Shown here piece after piece: positions 59,037 to 64,000 of a DNA stretch of 64,000 nucleotides (position 1 is the first letter of the stretch; each line of letters begins with the position of its first letter). Made by a program: the position numbers and the translations under genes. The notes under the pieces are model-generated. The model did no database searches. It saw only the letters and a program-made list of their open reading frames with translations, and had not been told where the DNA came from. This stretch comes from Hypanus sabinus (taxonomy: Eukaryota). Location: the NCBI RefSeq assembly GCF_030144855.1, contig NC_082707.1, forward strand, positions 84,754,001 to 84,818,000. Direction: 5' to 3'.

Positions 59037-61600
59037 CATAAGATCATACGACATAGGAACAGAATTAGGCAACTTATCCCACCGAGTCTGCTCCACTATT
59101 TCATCATGGCTGATTTATTATCCCTCTCAGCCCCATTCTCCTGACATCTCCCAAAATCTTTGACACCCTGAATCTCTCAGCCTGTGCTTTAAATGTACTC
59201 AATGACTTTGCCTCCACAGCCATCCATTGGCAATGAGTTCAACATAGAACCATAGAACATTACAGCACAGAAAGAGCTGTGCTTTGACCCTTCTTGGCTG
59301 AGCCAAATCATTTTTCTGCCTCGTCCCACTGACCTACTCCTGGACCATATCCCTCCATACAACTCTCATCCATGTATCTGTCCAAGTTTTTCTTACATGT
59401 TGAAAGTAAGCCCGCATTTACCACTTCATCTGGCAGTTCATTCCACATTCCTACCACTCTTTCACCAACATATTCACCTCCTTCTGGCTAAAGAAATTTC
59501 TTCTCATTTCTTTTCTATATGGATGTCCCTCTATTCTGAGATAAGACCCTCTGGTCCTAGATTATAGGAAACATTCTCTCCACATCCACTCTGTTTAGGC
59601 CATTCAATATTGGATAGGCTTCAATGAGATCCCCCCTCATTCTTCTAAATTCCAGCGAGTACAGACCCAGAACCATCATAAGCTCCTCATACGTTAACCC
59701 GTTCATTCCCTGAATTATTCTCGCGAACCTCCTCGGAACCCTCTCCAACACTCAATCCAGAATTGCCTTTCCCCTAGTGGGCTCAACTACAAGCTGCTCA
59801 AGAAAGCCAACTCATAGCCATGCTACAAATTCCGTCTCTTGGTATCCAGCACTAACCTGATTTTCCCAAACTACCTGCGTATTGAAATCTCCCATGGCTA
59901 TTATAACATTGCCCCTATTATATGCCTTTTATATTTCCTGTTGAAATTTATATCCCAAATACTGGCTACTTTTGGGAGCCTGTATATAACTCCCACCAGG
60001 GTCTTTACCCACGAAGATTCAACAGCTTCCGATCCATGTCACCTCTTTCTAAAATTAGATTTCAGTTTTTACAACACAGCCACCCCAGCACCAGTGGCTA
60101 TCTCTCTGTCCTTTCAATGTAATATGTATCCTTCGATGTTAAGCTTCATATTAACCACAACTATCTGATGCCCACAATGTCATATCTGCCAGTTTCTTAC
60201 TACGCTACAAGATCATCTACCTTATTCTGTATACAGTGTGCATTCAAATATAACACCTTCAGTCCTGTATTTATCATCCTTTTTGATTTGGCCCATTACT
60301 TTTTAACTCATCCCACTGACTGCAATCTTGCTCTATCATCTGCCTCACAGTCTCACTATACACTTGTATACCAACTGCCCCCTCCTCAGTCCTATCACTC
60401 TCATTCCCATCCCTCCTGCCAACTTAGATTAAAACCTCCCCAGCACCTCTCGAAAATCTACTTGCAAGGATATTGTTCCCCTTCTGGTTCAGGTGTAGCC
60501 CGTCCTTTTTGTACAACTTATACCTTCCCCAGAAGAGATCCCAGTGATCCAGAAATCTGAAACCACTTCCTCAGCCACTCATTTATCTAATCTATTATCA
60601 TATTCCTGCCCTGACTAGCATGTGGTACCAGGAGTAATCTAGAGATCCAGCTCTTCAGCATCTCCCCAATTCCCTACATTCACTGTGCAGGACCTCCTCT
60701 CCCCCTTCTACCTATGGTTTTGACACCACTGTGCACTGTGACCTCTGCCTCGCACCCTCCCCCTTGACAATCTTCTACAACTGTTCTGCGACATCCTGGA
60801 CCTTAACACCTGGGTTGGAACACACCATCCTGGCTTTTTTATCACGGCCATAGAATCTCCTAACTACTGAGTCTCCTATCACTATCTCTCTGCCTGACAT
60901 TAGCCTTCCCTGCTGAGCCTCAGAGCCGGCCACAGTGCCACTGGCCTGGCTGCTGCTGCTGTGCTCGGATAGGTCATCCCCCTCGGCCATATCCAAAGGG
61001 TTGTTCTTGTTGTTGAGGGGAATGGCACAGGGAAACCTTGCACTGACTACTTACTCCCCTTACCCCTCCTGGTGGTCACCCTTCTACTGTCTGAAGTCTG
61101 CATTCTGTGGGTGACCACCTCAGTAAAAGTTTCATCAATGAGGTTTTCAGTCTCTTGCATGGTCCTGAGTACATCCAGCTCCAGCTGCAGTCCCTTGACC
61201 TCATCAGTCAGGAGCTGTTCTTCCTGCAGATGTAGTCATCAGGGAAACTGATAGGTACCTTGAAATCCCACCCCTCACTAGAGGGGCATTCTACTGCCTG
61301 AACTACCATCCAGCCTACATTGGATACACCTCTAACTTCTCAAACTTAAGTTCTAGCCTGCACCTGTTCTTGCCTAAGCTTTCGAGCCAAAGCCTGACTA
61401 CGCTATCACTGTCCACTCCTACAATAGCCACTCCAACAATGGTCATTCTATTTTAACCCTGCTTCTTTATTAGCCCTTGCTAACCCAAGCAATCTCTTGC
61501 TCCACAGAAAAGTCCTGACAAGCCTCACTTGCTTTTTAAAACTGGCATGTGAAGTCCACAAGGAACTGTCTCCAACTCACTCCATGATCTTCAGCTCCAT
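59037..61600 (-). mobile_element. CR1 fragments (3' end with a nested CR1 tail, endonuclease, ORF1, 5' region)
   Basis: LERVPRRFARII...RGDLIEAY; IVIGDSVVRRFYGRDKKARMVC..PGVKVQDVAEQL. Confidence 0.8.
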
Positions 61601-61883
61601 AGAGAGTTAAAAAAAATGGCATTCTTCAAACACCAGCATAATAATATTTGCAATCATCACGTCCATGCTGGGAATTTAGACTATACACTCATTTGCAGTT
61701 TGAGCACTTGGTGTAGTACAACGGTAACCTTCAGGCCCGTTATTGGGGATCAGGTGTCTTGGCACATCCAGAGGTGGGGCTGAGTAATGGGGGAAGTGAG
61801 GATGGAGGATGGAGGGAGTGAAATTAAGCAATTTATAAATGCAGCATAAAGTGCTGGAGAACTCAAAGGCCAGGTAGCATCTA

Positions 61884-62357
61884 CGAGGGGTGATTGATAT
61901 ATTTGTGGCCTAAGGTAGGAGTCAATTTTAGAAAACCTAGCACATTTATTTTTCAACATAGTCCCCTCCTGCATTTATACAATTAGTCCAGTGGTCATGG
62001 AACATACGGATCTTGGACCTCCAGAAAGTGTCCACAGCAGGGGTGATTGATAAGTTTGTGGCCCAAGGTTAGAGGGAGATGAGTTATTAACTTCAAACTT
62101 ACTGCATAATCACTTAAAGAGTTGACCTGCATGTCCATACAGCAAGAGCTGTATAACTCATCTCCTTCTACCTTAGGTCATGAATTTATCAATCACCCAT
62201 CTGTGGACACTTTCTGGAGGTCCAAGATCTGTATGCCCCACGACCGCTGGACTAAGTGTGTAAATGTAGGAGGGGACTATGTTGAAAAATAAATGCGCTA
62301 GCTTTTCTAAACTTGACCCCGTCTACCTTAGGCCACAAACTTATCAATCACCCCTCG
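61884..62357. mobile_element. Mariner-type MITE (474 bp, near-palindromic)
   Basis: TA-flanked TIRs CGAGGGGTGATTGATA...TATCAATCACCCCTCG. Long inverted arms with a second, internal TIR-like pair near 62040 and 62200. Confidence 0.92.
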
Positions 62358-62680
62358 TATTAAGGATCTTGCCTGGCCTGCTGAGTTCCTCCAGCATTTC
62401 ATGTGTGTTGCTTGAATTTCCAGCAGCAGCAGATTTTCTCTTGTTTATAAATGCAGCTTTGTTGTCATAGAATATGCATATAACCCCCACTCAGCAAGTG
62501 ACTGGTCTTCGTATGAAACCTTAGGGGATGGCATGACCAATATCGCAGTTGTGTGGCTAGACCTTAGGGAATGAGTTCAATACTTGGATTATGAAGTTTG
62601 TACTTGTGGACTGAGTAGAGCTGATGTGACTCAGAGAAAGACACAGTTCGTTTCTCCCCTAACATTGCACGTTCTCTTAC

Positions 62681-62839
62681 CTGCTGTCATCTTACTGCTG
62701 GCACACTTTCCATGTGTAATGGGTGCACTCTCTGCGAGCTCCTCAGGAGATTTTCGTTTCAACAGCGGTTTTGCTGCTACTTGATCGGGAGACACTTTGA
62801 GAGTCTTCTTTCCCCGTCTCAATTTGCTCAGCTCTAGAT
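62681..62839 (-). CDS. Internal coding exon (159 nt, phase 1 to 1) of an unidentified gene
   Basis: Acceptor TTGAATTTACAG|, strong donor CAG|GTAAGA. Open frame DLELSKLRRGKKTLKVSPDQVAAKPLLKRKSPEELAESAPITHGKCASSKMTA in unique DNA. Confidence 0.72.
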
Positions 62840-62894
62840 CTGTAAATTCAATGCAGAGTTTATTTTTTATTTTTGTCCTCCCGAGTTTCCCTTC

Positions 62895-63600
62895 GAATTG
62901 GAATTGGTTTATTATGGTCACATGTACAAGACACAGTGCAAAGCTTATTTTGCAGACTGTCTGTACAGAGCAATACGTTACACAGTACGTCAGGGTGGTG
63001 CGAAACAGAATGCAGAATAAAGTGAGAGCGTGCAGTGTCTGAATCAGAATCAGGTTCATTATCACCGACATGTGACGTGAAATTTGTTAACTTAGCAGCA
63101 GCAGTTCAATGCAATACATAATCTAGCAGGAAAAAAATAATAAATAAAATAAAACATAATAATAAATAAACAAGTAAATCAATTATGTAAACAAGTAAGT
63201 CAACAATAATGTGCAAGATCATAATCAGGTGGATTATGAGGTCAAGTGACCATCTTATTGTACTAAGGAATCATTCAATAGTTTTATAACAGCTGTACTG
63301 TGTGCTTTTAGGCTGTTGTATTTTCTGTCCAATGGAAGTGGGGAGAAGAGAGAATGTACGGAGAGGGTGGGTCCTTTCATCAAGCTGGCTGCTTTACTAA
63401 GGCAGCAAGAAGTATAGGCAGGGTCCATGGAGGGGTGGCTGGTTCGATGATGTCCTGGGCTGTGCACACAACTCTGTAGTCATGAGAAGAGCAATTTCCA
63501 TTCTAAGCCACAATATATCCCAACAGGCCTCTTTCTATCGTGCATTGATAAAAATTGGGAAAGGTCAGCAGGGACATGCCACATTCAATTTGCCAACTTA
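62895..63600 (-). mobile_element. Rex1/Babar 3' fragments
   Basis: (GAATCA)n reversed tail near 63040; CCLSKAASLMK.P.....FSPLP..RKY.SLK. Confidence 0.7.
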
Positions 63601-64000
63601 CCTTGGATTCCAGGAACTCTAACCTTATGAATTTATTTTCCACATGGCACCTTAGCAGAAGCCATGTACGCTACATCAATATATTTATCTACTCTTCAGA
63701 AAACTCAATTTGAGTCCTTCCATTAGTCAGGGTTGACCATGGATGTTGCATCCCAGCTGTCTACATGAAATGCAGGACAGGGCAATATGATATGGAGAGC
63801 AAGCTGTTGCCTACGCAGCAGGCTCACCTTCTCATGAAGCTGATCAATCCAAAGGAACAGCAGAGACCAATACAGTTTGGTACCAGCAGTGTCACAGGAC
63901 ATGCCAGTCAGCGTTGGACTCAAGCTCCGGATTTTTTCCAAGGTTTACTCCCAAAGCCTTTGTCATGAGTGGGTACAATTGCAAGACAGCAGAGGTTTGA

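Noticed and set aside
62631-63071. 146-aa ORF as a single-exon gene
   Set aside because: Only 62681-62839 is bounded by splice sites; the rest is intron and Rex1 tail sequence.

Overview
Eukaryotic (vertebrate) genomic DNA, not prokaryotic. The repeat content (CR1 LINEs with SGNH-esterase ORF1, Rex1/Babar LINEs, Penelope-like elements, tRNA-SINEs, Tc1, mariner/Tigger and hAT) suggests a cartilaginous fish, probably a ray (inference). Most of the window is decayed transposon sequence, so nearly all ORF-track entries are TE fragments or noise. Two host genes are visible, both on the minus strand and neither recognised. One contributes three phase-compatible exons ending a protein (62839-62681, 57339-57191, 55742-55647). 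The other contributes a first coding exon (MDLEDEYFPDGE, 17456-17420) beside a CpG-rich NRF1/E-box promoter. The most notable object is a heavily decayed endogenous foamy-virus-like (spumaretroviral) pol relic at about 21990-24200 (minus strand: protease DTGA, RT, connection/tether). It is split by a young Rex1 insertion and abutted by an inverted, diverged second copy of part of itself. Also notable: a near-intact 2.9-kb hAT (Buster/Charlie type) carrying a solo LTR 22 nt upstream of its transposase ATG, plus its deletion-derivative MITE; minimal hammerhead ribozyme motifs in Penelope termini; and a 41-unit 33/34-bp minisatellite with an 11-unit higher-order duplication that arose inside a LINE endonuclease relic. 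All family assignments come from manual translation and recalled motifs; no searches were run. Boundaries of old LINE fragments are approximate.
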